This document shows positions 1 through 13,340 of a stretch of DNA of 64,000 nucleotides, piece by piece. Numbering within the stretch: the first letter of the stretch is position 1; the number at the start of each line of letters is the position of its first letter. The stretch is from the human T2T-CHM13v2.0 reference genome, Homo sapiens. The position numbers were made by a program, and so were the translations under genes. The notes beneath the pieces are model-generated. The model had not been told where the DNA came from, made no database searches, and saw only the letters and a list, made by a program, of their open reading frames with translations. The DNA is taken from assembly GCF_009914755.1 (NCBI RefSeq), contig NC_060929.1, one strand, 5' to 3'.

Positions 1-39
1 TATAAAGCATGCACACAAATACACATGCATTTGTTATCT

Positions 40-310
40 GTTTCCTACTTCACATTCAAACTCAGGTGTCACTTCCTGCAAGAACTTTTCCAAGGAGCAT
101 CCAGGCATCCAAGTGAGGGCCACCTCTCTTTTTTCCTCTCCATACCTGTACTTCTTCCTCTCTGCTGATGGCACACTGAAATGAGATGTGTGCATCCCTG
201 GAACAGAAGCTCTGTTAAGATCTTTTTGCTCTCTGTTTTCCTCATATTCCTAGTAGCTAATACTGAGTCAGGCATATGATGTTTTCAATAAATATTTGTT
301 CAACTGAATT
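40..310 (+). mobile_element. L2 LINE 3'-end remnant
   Basis: L2-like 3' motifs 'caggtgtcacttcctg...ggcatatgatgttttcaataaatatttgttcaactgaat'; boundaries approximate. Confidence 0.6.
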
Positions 311-839
311 AAAATGAACTGAATTGAATCAGATTAAATAAACTTAAATACACGATTGGAGCTATAGAGATTTTTATTTTGATAAAAAGGAGAGTTGGCG
401 TTTTTTCTGGTGAAGAGGGGGTGTGGTTTCTAAAGGTTGATAAATACCTGAGCTCAAATCTTTCTAACTTCTCAATACCTTTCCTCTGTAAAGGAATTCA
501 TTTTCTGGTTTTGCCTTGATCTTTTTACTTATAAGAGTTAGCTTAAGACAGATGGCCAAACAGCCTATGGTCACTCAGGGTTTTTACGCCTGCTGTTTCA
601 TAACTGACCTTCTTTCAATCTTAAGGATATTTTCTGCTTTTAAATGGCAATCTTTCTATAGAAAGATAATCTATAATTTGTTCCGTACCTTACAGGACAT
701 TTTCCTGTTCACAACATCCTTTTCTCAGAATGTTTCTCTTCATTTATGAAGAGAAGTTTTTCTTTTCCTTTCTAAACACTGAATTAATAAACATTAGTAG
801 AAACTTTGAAAGATAAAGAAATGTAATTAAATAATGATT

Positions 840-1112
840 ACACATAATTCCAATATCCAGAGATGACCACTGATAACATTTTGTTTCAATTTGCTTTCTA
901 TTTATTTTCTATGCATATATTTTTACACAGTTAAGGTCATACTGGGCAAATAAATTATATTCTGCATCTAAAAAATAATTTTCTGTCATAAGCATTGCTC
1001 CATGCCACTATGCCATTATCTTTGTACACATAATTTTAAATGACTACATAATGTTATTATATGAGTATATCACAATTTACTTCCTAGTTTCCTTATTAGT
1101 GGCCATTTAGAT
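840..1112 (-). mobile_element. Old L1M (L1ME-like) 3' fragment
   Basis: 'ccagagatgaccactgataacatttt...tatcacaatttac...ccttattagtggccatttag' resembles antisense L1ME 3' UTR. Confidence 0.55.
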
Positions 1113-3503
1113 TTCTCTGTGCTTTTACAGTTGCTTCTGCTTTCAGGAAACAGAGGCTGCAGAACCCCATATGCCATTGTGCTAGGATGGGTTTCTTTCT
1201 TCCTTCCTTGTTCATATGACTTGTGATACAGCAGTTGCTTCAATTCAATGACACTATTTAGGGAACCGTCCTAGAAGTGCATGAATAACATAATTGGGAA
1301 TTTGGGGGAAGAACTATGTCTTCTTCTGCCTTATACATTGCTGATAAATACAATTATGATTCAGGAAATGATACTGAGTCACTTAATTGTTTAAAGGGCT
1401 TCTCAGATTCAGTGAAATAGTAAGCCTAAAATTGCAGGCAGGCGAAGATGTTGTTGTAGCTCATTATTTTTAAGGGAGTAGGAGGCTTTCTGCACTGCTT
1501 GCCTGAGAATCGATCATTCCAGAAGCATAAAAGATAAAAAGACTGCATAGCAGTAACTTGGTATGGCAGTAATACCAATAACAATATTAAACTGAATAGG
1601 TCTCAGTATTCCAAAGGTGTGCAGACATTGAGCCAGGTTTTCCCACAACCTGGTGAATTATAGGAAAATCCATTAAAGTGTATATGCAATGAACTTTTTT
1701 AAATGGACATATTCTTGGCAAAAATGTCAGTAACATGTCTGTTAAGAAAAGTCATTTATGCCAACAATGTGCTTCTAGTATTGATGAGAAAGAAGACGCC
1801 AAATAACTGGATTAAATGGCTTTTGCAGTTTGTCCTTTCAGGATGGGGTGAAAAGAAACCCAAATGCTCAAAATGTTCAATTATAGTGTTTTGATGATGA
1901 AACACCCTTCCTCAGTCCTGGGTACTATATTCCCATTAAAAGATGAGGTGCATAATTTCCATATTAAGGACACTTTAATCATGATTTTCTGTTTTTGAGA
2001 TATTGCATTTTCTCATCTACAGAAAAAAAAATCCACAAAAGGTTACAAAAAGCTCCAACTTCATTCATATAGTTAGGCTAGAGTTCAAGAACTCTATCGT
2101 TTTATTAAAGGAGTCAATGGAAGTAATAGGAAGAACCATGGTCTTAGATTAGAGTCTGGGGATTTTACTCTCCTGTGGCATGGACAGAAGGTCTCTGAGT
2201 AGAGTTAGGATACAATGGAGGAGGAGAAAAAAATGACATCTAATTAGGCATGCAGGACAGAAGGAAGCAGCATCCAGGAGGAGTATGAACACCAGCTCTG
2301 GTCCAGATAATAGGTGCCCCAGAGAACACTGTGAGGTGCCAGAGCTGGGGATTGTTGCAGATCGAGTGTGTGTTGACTGCAGTTTCCGCAGCAGATGGCC
2401 AAACAGGCAGGTGGGTTTCTGAGAGGACGCTCCTGGGCCTTTACCCACATTCTCCATGTACCTGGAATCGCAGATGGCAGTACCAGCTGGCAAATGAAAA
2501 GATGCAGTTTATGTGTTTCATTTACTCTCATAAATTATAGAGAGCAAAGTCCATCCTATATATAAAAAATTCGTTCTCAGCACATGTATACTACTTACTT
2601 CTGATGTTTTACTGAACTATGGCAGAGATTATATTTTTGTTCAACTTTTTTTAGAAATTATAATTTTTCATTTTTTTAGATTATAGATGTTTTTGAATTA
2701 CATAATATTTCAACTTGAGCATCTAAGAGAATTCAAACAAAATTTCCAAGGAAAAAAAGAAACAAAATCTCATTTTGTGCTTAAATTATCTATATTCACA
2801 AAAGAAAGAGTTTGAACTGAAAATCTAAACATTTTTAGAAATTCAGAAAGGAATTATTTTCTAACTGCTAATAATTCTCAAAGAAACGGTTATTATTAAA
2901 GTATTATTATATAAAATACCTTTCCATGTATTCAAACATAGTTTTAAAGATTTAATATTCTTGAACATTTTAGTTGTAGACATGCAACATATAGATACAA
3001 ATAGGAATGCTATTATAAAATAGTTTAATTTTGTTTTAACCAAATAATATTTATTGATATTTGCTGAAGCATGCTTTTAGAAAATGTCTATCTAAGCATA
3101 AATGCTTCCTAAGGGCTTGCAGTTTGGTTGAGAAGACAGAACACATATAAAAGACCCAACCAAAAGCGCATTCTGAAGAGGCAGGACAGGAGAAAACTAA
3201 TATAGAGTAAAATACATTTTGTTTAAAATGATGAGGAAGTAGTGGGAGTATCCCAGTTAGCTGATTTTTTATTAATAACAGATTTCCAAGAACAGCAAAA
3301 ACGGAATGTCTTTCCTTTCCTTAAAATAGAAATCCAGTTTATCATGGCAAACTGCATAGAATCAATAATTAATTGCATTTTGAAATCCAAATAAGAACAT
3401 TTAAATGTGGTTCTTCCTTGTCCACATAAACAATGCCACATATGTACTTTAAAAATTCCTGTTATAAATAGAAGTGTATCATGCACTTGAGTCCAAAAAG
3501 ACA

Positions 3504-3689
3504 AGGTGATTTTGCTCCCCCAGGGAACAATTGATAATGTCTGGACATGTTTTTACTTGTCACAACTGGGAGGAAGGATGTGTAGAGGCTGAGGATGCTG
3601 CTACATTCTGATAATGCACGAGACAGAACCCCACAACAAAGAATTATGCAATTCAAAATATCAGTAGTGCCAAGATTGAGAAACCCAGT
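3504..3689 (+). mobile_element. MER20 (hAT-Charlie) DNA transposon relic
   Basis: Matches recalled MER20 consensus: 'gattttgctcccccaggg...ttgtcacaactggg...ccccacaacaaagaattat...gtgccaagattgagaaaccc'. Confidence 0.9.
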
Positions 3690-4230
3690 TTTGTCCTCAT
3701 AAACAGCTGCCAAACACTCAAGGGAAAGATTGGCCAAAAAATTTACGGGCGTGTGGAATATGAGAGATCAGGCTGTTCTGCAAACACCTGTATATTTTAG
3801 ATAAAGTTAAATTACTTTTTAAAAAGTTTTCAAATTCCTCTTCAATGCAACCCCACTTTTTGAATAGTTTTCAAAAACTCCCTGAAAATATACCTTCACT
3901 CTTGTCCACTGAGTCTCTTTAGCATCTTACAAATACAGTATGGTTGTATTTCAAACCATGGCATTATTTCTATTTTTTACCCTCCAACAATTTATCTTTT
4001 CCTGTACCTTTCTTTTCTATTTGAATATTTCATATCTTCTGGAAATTGGGTAAAATAATTAAAAATAAAACTGGACTTTTGTGCATGTATTATCTCTGCC
4101 ATGTAATTTTCATTAATCATTGACCATTGTCTTCTGTTGTTTCATGTCTTGCTTTTTATTAATAACTGGGCATCATTGGTAATCAGTATGCTTCTTTCAG
4201 TACCTTACACAGACTGGCATATACAGTAAG

Positions 4231-4601
4231 TAATACATTTGGCTCTGTGTCCCCACCCAAATCTCATGTCAAATTGTAATCCCCACATGTCAAGGAAGGG
4301 ACTTGGTTGGAGGTGATTGGATTATGGGGGCAGTTTCCCCAATGCTGTTCTCGTGACAGTGAGTGAGTTATCACGAGATCTGGTGGTTTAAAAGTGTGGC
4401 GCTTCCCCTTCACATTCTCTATCTCTCTCTCACCTGCTGCCATGTAAGACGTGCTTGCTTCTCCTTTACCTTCAGCCATGATTCTAAGTTTCCTGAGGCC
4501 TCCTCAGCCATGTGGGACCATGAATCAATTAAACCTCTTTCCTTTATAAATTACCCAGTCTCAGGTAGTTATTTGTAGCAGTGTGAAAATGAACTAATAC
4601 A
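4231..4601 (+). mobile_element. THE1D-like MaLR solo LTR
   Basis: 'tttggctctgtgtccccacccaaatctcat...ttaaacctctttcctttataaattacccagtctcaggtag...ctaataca'; 5-bp TSD GTAAG at 4226-4230 and 4602-4606. Confidence 0.92.
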
Positions 4602-4892
4602 GTAAGCATTTATTAAATTCTCATGATTTTATTCACTTATTCCTTTACAGTGATAGGAAAACAAAAAGGGAGGAAAGATAAGGAGGAAAGTAAAGAACAG
4701 GTCCTGTACCAAGTTTAATACTTTTTTTCTCAGTGATCTTTGCTCATGTGAGTTTCAGCTCTCTTATAATTTAATTTAATTAACTTTTGTTTAGCTCTAT
4801 CTCAACCTTTATCTATGGATATTAAATTAAGTTACTATTTCTTAAGAAATACCAATCAACTAAGAAACTATTATTTCTATATACTCTATATA

Positions 4893-5092
4893 CCCAGGGT
4901 TTGACTTTGAGTCACCTGCTTATTGACTGTATGACTTTGGGGAAGTTTTCTGACTCAAAAGGTTTCATCTGGCATATGGGAGTATCAGCAGTGGCTAGTT
5001 CAGATGGTCGTGATGATGACTAAATGAGATAATCAGTGTGAAGGGCTTAGAATAGTGCCAGGTAAAGAATGAGAGCTCAGTAAATGTTGGGT
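4893..5092 (+). mobile_element. MIR SINE
   Basis: MIR core 'ctgtatgactttggggaagtt...taaatgagataat...gggcttagaatagtgcc...gctcagtaaatgttgg'. Confidence 0.75.
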
Positions 5093-6519
5093 AGCCTCAG
5101 TACTAAAAACATAACTTAATCCTGTGATCCCTCAAGATCTTATCTGTTAACATGACCTTAGATCTAAGATCTTCAAATCATCTTAGAATTTCAAACATAT
5201 GTTTTACTGTCCTTTAAATCAAATTATTTTATTTCTCAATTATTCATGAAGTAACATTTTACAGTTCACTGTGCTTTGTGTTGGGAAGATTCACACCATT
5301 TTCAAATGCATTTTATATTTTTTATTCTATCTAACCTCAAAATCTGAAATAAAGAATAAAAATGTTCTTAATCTCACATACTATAAATCTGCTTTTGTGT
5401 GTTCATAAACACTGGGCTCATGGTGAAATAAATTAGCATTGTAAAGTACACATATGTCAACAATTACTAAGTGCAGTAATTTAAGGCCTGATTCACTAAA
5501 CTTTCCTTTGGCCAATAGGCACCCCTGCCCAAGAAATGTAATTTAGGGGGAGAAAAGGGCTGAAGTATAAAGGTTGCACTGACTCCATCTTTCATATTCC
5601 AAAGTGCTACACCTTTCAGAGTATTATTTCCTATACTGTGATGTACCCAATTAGCCCCCTCCCACCCATATTTATTAATGTCATCTTTTTCTTGGATTAT
5701 TTCTGATTTATAAATAAGCATCCTTGTTGAAAGCAAAGTAAAAGTATGATTTAAACCAAGGTAAGAAAAATGTGTAGGTTTTAGTTTATCAAAACTTGCA
5801 ATTGGCTTTGGTGAAAAAAAAATTCACCTACACAATAAATGGCAAGGTGTTTCAGCTTTACCTCTTGATTTAGAAGGGCAATTAATTCAGAATCCATTCT
5901 TCTGTTTTTAAACGTAAAACCTTAACTGACAAATACTGACTTCCAGTGGTGTAACGTAAGACTTCTCAACATGGTGGGAATGTGCTACTTTCTAATATTT
6001 CACCTGGGTTAGTTTGTTTTTAATTTTTGCAAACTATTTTAAAAGTATGACTCTAAGAGAAAGAGAATGTATTTATACATTAAAGGCAAATAGCACATGT
6101 GCACTTCTGCACTTTACAAAAGGGAGGAGAGGACATCACTATATTCTAGACTAAAAACCACTTGAAACAAGCAACAGGTCTTAGGCAGCAACTTAGATAA
6201 TTGATTCTTTATAGGCACCCTTCTCTCCATATCACAAAATAAACCAGCAAATAAACACACAACAGCAACAGCAACAAAAACCCAGAAAACAAAATGGTCA
6301 AAAGCATGTGAAATTTGTTGTAGTTCTTTACTGCAAGGGAAGTGAAGAGACTAGTTTAGTACTCAAAGCAGACCAGCAAATACATATTAATGCATGTCTG
6401 CTTTTAATAAATATAAATGATTGCAGTGTCCTCTTTAGTTTGAGTCTTTCCCTAACTCTAGTTTATGCAATGTATTTTCCCTGGAACTGCCGGTTTAATT
6501 TCATTCTCTCTTCTACTTC

Positions 6520-6667
6520 TAAGCATTCGATTTTGTCATGGCTTATTACCTGTGCAATCGAACAAGTTACCTTCCCTGATTTTCAGTTTTCTCATCAATG
6601 AAATCTCTTGTAAGCGTTTAATGAGATAATGTATGTGAACATAATGGGAGTTAAGTAAATGTGAGCT
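6520..6667 (+). mobile_element. MIR SINE fragment
   Basis: 'caagttac...tcagttttctcatc...aatgagataatgtatgtgaa'. Confidence 0.6.
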
Positions 6668-6824
6668 TAATATGAATCTGAAATATTTCTGTTTTAAGAA
6701 GCATGTTATCCTGGCTCATCAGAAATTCAATTAGGCAGAAATCCAGTAGAATTTGAAGAATATGTATTGAATTGTATTCTAATGGCTTCTTACTAATCTT
6801 CTCCTCACTTTATGCAATCTTGAT

Positions 6825-7090
6825 ACTATTTCCAGATTAATTTTCTTGAACAGGTTTTCTAAGTTTGTCACTTAGAAGTGTCACTCCTCTTATGAAAACC
6901 TCACATGGCTTTCAATTGCTTAGGAATTAAAGGCGAACACTTATCAATTGTATTCAAGGCCCTCTGTGATCCAGCCCAGGCTCCCTGCTCCCTGATTTCT
7001 ACGGCATTCAATATTTGGAGCCAAATTGGACCATGGGCTGCTCTCAAGTATTCTGAGTATTTTCCTACCTTTGAGTATGTTTTACTCTCT
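6825..7090 (+). mobile_element. L2 fragment
   Basis: 'tgtcactcctcttatgaaaacctcacatggcttt...attcaaggccctctgtgatccagccc' L2-like. Confidence 0.55.
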
Positions 7091-7361
7091 CTGCCATATG
7101 GACTTGTTGAAATTCTACTGAAGTAATTTCTCAATAACTATTAATATTTGAGAATTGAATGAAATCAACAAATTCACTATAAATTATTCTCCAAGTCTAA
7201 AAGATGAACTGTTGTAGTCCCTAAAAATGTATAATCAGATGACTCTAAGCTAAAATAAAAATAAGTTTAGTATTTTTAAAAAGTAGTGCAGAGTTTACTT
7301 TTGGCTTCATTGACTTCATTTAGCTTGTCAACTAATGAGCTTATGTCAAAAAGACATGCCA

Positions 7362-7531
7362 AGCCAGGTGTGGTGGCTCACACCCGTAATCCCAGCTACT
7401 GGGGAGGCTGATGTGGGAGGATCCCTTGAGCCTGGAAGTTTGAGGTTGTGGTGAGCTATGATTGTACCACTGCACTCTAGTGTGGGTGACAGAGCAAGAT
7501 CCTGTCTCTAACAACAACAACAAAAAGAATG
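7362..7531 (+). mobile_element. Free Alu monomer (FRAM-like)
   Basis: Single ~150-bp Alu arm with (CAA)n/A tail; degenerate TSD aagacatgccaa / aaaacatgccaa. Confidence 0.85.
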
Positions 7532-10099
7532 AAAACATGCCAAGTTATTGATGTGTCACTTCTCACTTTTGTAGAGTTGCTTTAGTGACCTCTTACACCC
7601 AGTAACAAATATAAAATATGGAAATTGTGCAGGACATTTTCATGAAGCCTTGGGACACTGGAGGTAATCAGCACACTCATACACACACACACATCTTCTA
7701 ATCAAACTAGTAATTTTATTAATGCCACTTGAAAATGTACTTCTTTCCAAATTTGAGTGCTAAAATAAATAAGTAAATGAAAAAAAAACAGTAATTTAAA
7801 AAATGTTCAAAATAAGATTGACAAAGCAAGAAGTCTGGTGTGAAGGTCAAATCTGAGTAGTCGCACTGATGTGCTCGGACATGACTTATTCATAGAGACT
7901 AAAAATTTTATATTAAGTTTCAACTTAAAATTTAACTAAAAGTATTATTCATATAATTCACAGGAATTCTGGTAGATTCAAAGAATCTGCAAGCAAGTGT
8001 AAGATACTCTGATCACATTGAATAATAGTTATTTAGATGAACTGAAACCAACTGTCTCTTACAAGGCCTGATTACTCTTTGGCAAGTCTTTTACATATAA
8101 AGGTTCTGAGTATGTTTGTTGAACAAATGAGTGCATGAACAGCCGCTTAGCATTCTGGACAGTGGTGATTTGATTATTTTCCTCTTACAGACAACTCAAG
8201 ATTATTTGTAACTGGATCCTAAAATCTTTCTTTCTTATCTTTCCCATTTTTTTTTCGGTGACTGGATTTATTAATCCAGCCCCTATCAGGTGCCATACAT
8301 AAGGCTAAGGACTGTGGATAAAAATGAGTAAGTAAAGTCCTTGCTTTATGGATCTTACAGTCAGGTGAAAAAGAAAATACAAACTTTAAGATTTACATGA
8401 GAGTTGCCTGAGGAAGTAATCAATCAAGAAAGTAAGTTCTGTTAAAGTTTAGAAGATAGGAAAAAGAGTATTGTTTGTAGAAAATAAAGACCCTGGGCCA
8501 CTGAAGCCTTTCGACAGAGTTTGTTAATATTAACATTACTTTTTTATTTGCTATTTTTGATGTTTTTTTCAAATGCAGAATTTGGCAAGCTAAGAGATTG
8601 TTATAATTTTGGGACTACTACTTCTGGCTTTCTGCCAGAATGAATAGAGCAATAATATTAAAATTGTTCTTATTCCCGATTCCTATTCTTGATTACTCAT
8701 CTTTACGGAAAAGCATCAGGTCTGAATTTCCGAAGCATCATATCTCTTGTCTTAATATACTGTATGACATTGATAATCTAAGATTGTTTTAAGTGAGATC
8801 TTAGAATTTCACACTTATTTTCGTATTGGGGATTAGCATTTGTCAAAAATACTCCTAATAGAAACATACTCCAGGTTGAAAGGAATTCTTACCTCTGGGG
8901 GATATAAGAGGATAAAAATGGGAAACCTCAATTCTTTTTTTACTTACTTCTATATTTTTATAATAATTATATAAACTGTGATTAAAAATAAATTAGAAAT
9001 TGGGCATAACACAAAAGAGAACCAATATTTATTGGTTTGAGGCCACATCCAGAAAACTGAATCAAAGGATACTAAATACTCTCATTTGAAAGTAGAATGG
9101 CCATGGTGCCTTCACAAATACAGAAGGGTAAAATATGACCTTACATTCAAACAATAAATTGTATGGAAGAAGCAGTTGGTGTGGTCCACATATCCAATCA
9201 ATAAAACTCTTATCTGAATAACCTAGTGATTGACTAAATATATTTTCTCAAGGTTTGCATGTGTGGAAACATGTTGCAAGTTTATATTCAAATGCTTAAA
9301 GAGTTATGTAAGAGAATATATAATGCTATGTATCCATTACCTATTTTCTTCAGACTCACAGCATTGAGTCATTGTACTTAAATGTACTTAAATGTAAATA
9401 TGGTCATTGCTCATTCATAATAGAATGTATCTATAGAAATCAAATGTTTATAATTCTTCTTTATAAATCACATTATCTTAATCTTATGCATTTAAATGTA
9501 TTTTAAGCAGATATCTGAAACATGAAACTGATTACCCGCAACATAACTATTACTCAGAGGAGAAAAAAACTAAAGTGATTCAAATTCTGCATTTTGTTTA
9601 GCCTCTCAAAACATGATCCTCTGTCCATCGTAGAATTAGCTTAAATATTAAAGTTTGAGGTCAAGGTCCAGGAATGTGGAAGATGCGGTTAGGAGTTATC
9701 TTCCTCCCCCCTTGGCTACATGTTTGTCTTTCAAACAAAAGCTGCTTCTGTAAAACTCCTGTGCAAGTAATTAAACATTTATTGAGCAGGTTCTATGTGT
9801 AAGACACTCTACTGAGATGTTGGGAATACATACAGAAATAATCATTGCCACCTAGGAAATTGAAGGTACTATCTAGAACTGAATCTTCTAATCTTTTTTC
9901 CTTTGGAGATATGTCTATAGATGTGTTCTTCCAAATGAATTGACCATCACATTTCTTGATCTTTGACTTTACCATTATTCTTATTCTTTACATCTTTCTT
10001 TCTAGTCCTCTGTTAACAACCTCACTCTCCTTCAATATTTTGTCTTAAAGACATATATGTTTGATTTCTAGGCACCTCATCTTTTTACTTTGTTCTTTT

Positions 10100-13000
10100 T
10101 AAAAGCAATTTATAGTAAGATATTTATGCATATATCATAATAGAGAAAAGTACCTATTTCCAAAGTGAGCAGCTTAATATATTTGTAAAAAGTGAAAACA
10201 CCTGAGAAACCGTCTACCAAAGGAGGAAGAAAGAAGACACTGGCAGCATTGCCTACTGAAAGATAACTACTCTATTGATTTCTATAACCTTAGATGAGTT
10301 TTGTTTTGAAGTTTATATAATTGGAATCATATAGTATACACCTTTTGTTTCTAGCTTCTTTTGTCCAAAATAGTGTTTGTGATATTCATCCATATTGTTT
10401 TAGTATTACATTGTGTGAATATACAATAATTTATTTATCCATTCTATTGTTGATGAATATTTAGATCTTTTTTAGTTTATAAATGAGTAATGCTGCTATG
10501 AAAATTTTTGTGCATTCCTACTGGAGATATACCTAGGAATGGAATTGCTGGGTCACAGTATTTGCGTATTTGGGTCACAGCTTTAGATACTGTTAAATTG
10601 ATTGTACCAATTTACATTTCTGCCAGCGGTGTATAAGAACTCCAGATGCCCTATAATTTTGTCAGTACTTACTATTGTCAACTTAAAAAAAAATAGTCAT
10701 TTTCATGTCAATTTGATGGTATTTTACTGTGGTTTTAATTTGTGTTTTTCTATTTACTAATAATGTTGAGCACTTATTCATATGTTTATTAGTTACTTGA
10801 GTATCCACTTTGTTACGTGCCCATCCCATGAGGATTAAGGTGGGGGTGGTCTTGTAGTGTGTTCATGGATTTGAGGAATTCCTTATATCTTCTAGATTCA
10901 AGGCCTTTATTAAATATTTGAATTACAGATACTTTTTCCCATTCTGTGGCTTGTCTTTAACTCTCTTAATGGAGTCTTTGGATAAAAAGTTGTTCTTAAT
11001 TTTAAAGGAGTCTAATAATTGAACTTTCCTTTATGATCAAAATTTTTTATTCTACTTGCTAGCCATAAAGTAATGAAGCTATTCTGCTATTAAACTTTAG
11101 GAGACTCTCTTCTTTTACACTTCACATTTAGGTCTATAGTTCACTTAGAATTGTTCATGTGATTAATTTTTCTTCCATTTGATATCAAAAGAATCATTTA
11201 TTGAAAAGTCCATCCTTTGTTTGTAGTGCTGTGGAAGTGCTTTTGCCATATATCATTAACAATACATATGTAGGTCTGTTTTTGTTAAATTTCCTGCAAT
11301 ATTTGTGGATTAGTCTATTTTTCCTTTTGGTTTTCTATGTTTATGCTTTATATGTTGACTATTTCATTAGGTATATTCATATTCATAATTGTTATTATCT
11401 TGGTAGTTATTGATTATTTTAACCCTTTATCTCTGGTAATTCTTCTGGCCTTAACAACTGCTTTGCTATTTGAACATCTACAGACATTTTCTCTGGGCTA
11501 GGTTTTCATGCCATATATTACTTTTGCCACATCCCAGACAATGCAAAGAACTTAGAACATTTTAATTCTATTTATGGCTCATCAGTCCTTGTGATAGTAT
11601 TGTCATGCATTTTAACTCTATGTTTATGTATATTTCAATCTAATAAAAACTGTTACTACTGTTTTATACTATAAATATCAAATTCAAGTTACATATTTAC
11701 TGATTTTAATGCCCCTTATTTCATTTTCTTAATACCTGTGTCCCCAGCTCTGATCATTTTCCTTCTACCTGAAAGGAAAATGTGGATCTATTGATAATAT
11801 ATTATTTAGTGTGGATCTACTGGTAGCATATTATTTCATTTAATGTGGACCTACTGGTAATATGTTATTTCAGTTTCTGTTTTATTAAGACCCGTCTTTA
11901 TTTCACTTTAATTTTTGAGGCATTTCTTCACTGGATTTAAAATCCTAGGCAAGGTTTTCTTTTGTCTTTCAGCACCTTAAAAACGTCATTCTATTACATT
12001 CTTCCAAAAATGTGTTTCCATTTTTCTCTGTTGAGAAGCCCATTATCAATCTTATTGATCCCTTGAAGGTAATGTGCTTTGTTGCCTGGCTGTTTTTAAG
12101 AAGATTTCTCTTAGATTTTCAGTTCCAGCAGTTTGGTATATGTACCTGTATAGTGTTCTTTGTGTATTTCCTGCCTTGTGATTCTAGAGCTTCTTGAATA
12201 TGTAACTTCATGAATTTATCAGTCCTAGAAAGTTTTACTTCATTCTTTTTCTTCTCTCTTTCTGAGATTCCAATTATATCACCAATAGAATTTTTCACCT
12301 GACTTCACTTACCTCTTATGTTCTTTTGTACATTTTTCATCATTTTTTCTCTCTGGCGTGATCCTATATCATTTTATCTGACCTATCTTTCTATATACTA
12401 AGCCTCCTCTCTTCCTGCTCAATCTAATTTACTCTTACATCATCCATCAAAGTCTTAATTTTAGAAGTTATTTTTTCAATTATCTAGGATTCCTATTTAT
12501 GCTTTTTTGTTTATTTTATTTACTTATTTATTTATTTGAGACAGAATTTCACTCTTTTTCCCCAGGCTGGAATGCAATGGCGTGATCTTGGCTCACTGCA
12601 ACCTCATCTCCTGGGTCCAAGCAATTCCCCTGCCTCAGCCTCCTGAGTAGCTGGGATTACAGGCATGCACCACCTCGCCCGGCTAATTTGTAGTTTTAGT
12701 AGAGATGGGGTTTCTCCATGTTGGTCAGGCTGGTCACGAACTCCCGAACTCAGGTGATCCGCCAGCCTCGGCCTCCCAAAGTGCTAGGATTACAGGTGTG
12801 AGCCACCGTGCCTGGCCTATGCTTTTTTTATATCAGGTCCAGGGCTCTGGCAAAATTTCCCATTTTGGTTCCTATTTTTTAAAACATATTAATTATAATT
12901 ATTTTAAATCCATATTTCATAACATCAACTATCTGGATTGCAAGTCTTTCATTATTTTTTTCATTGAGTTACTTCTCCTTTTCTCAGTAAATATTTTTTT

Positions 13001-13340
13001 CTACTTTTTCACAATAACAACTCCACAGTAAACATTTTGTGCATGTTTTCTTGTGCTCATTTGTATCATTTAAAATGAGTATGAATACAGTAGAATTGCT
13101 GGGTAAAAAATCATACACATTATAGCTTTTTTCTAGAAACTGACACGTTTTTCAAAGGGGTTGTATTAATTTACCTCCCCATCAAACATATAATATTTCC
13201 TGCTTTTCCATAATCTCAGCAATATTTGCTATTGTCACAGTTTTAAAGTTTCGAATCTGATATGTATTATGTTTTTATTATAATTTTCCCAAATATCTTA
13301 TCATATTCTTAATAATTTTTATGTTTTTAATGATTATGTT
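10100..13340 (-). mobile_element. Mosaic of old L1M (L1MC/L1ME-type) fragments, interrupted by an Alu
   Basis: Antisense L1 motifs, e.g. 'ggaatcatatagtat', 'atacctaggaatggaattgctgggtca', 'ttgtaccaatttacatttctgccagc', 'tgagaagcccattatcaatcttattg'. Confidence 0.75.
12509..12817 (-). mobile_element. AluSp/Sq-like element
   Basis: Full antisense Alu with 'tttctccatgttggtcagg'; TSD tatgctttttt on both sides. Confidence 0.95.

Noticed and set aside
549-2406. Exact 15-mer CAGATGGCCAAACAG at 549-563 and 2392-2406
   Set aside because: About one or two exact 15-mer matches are expected by chance in 64 kb, and there is no extended homology.
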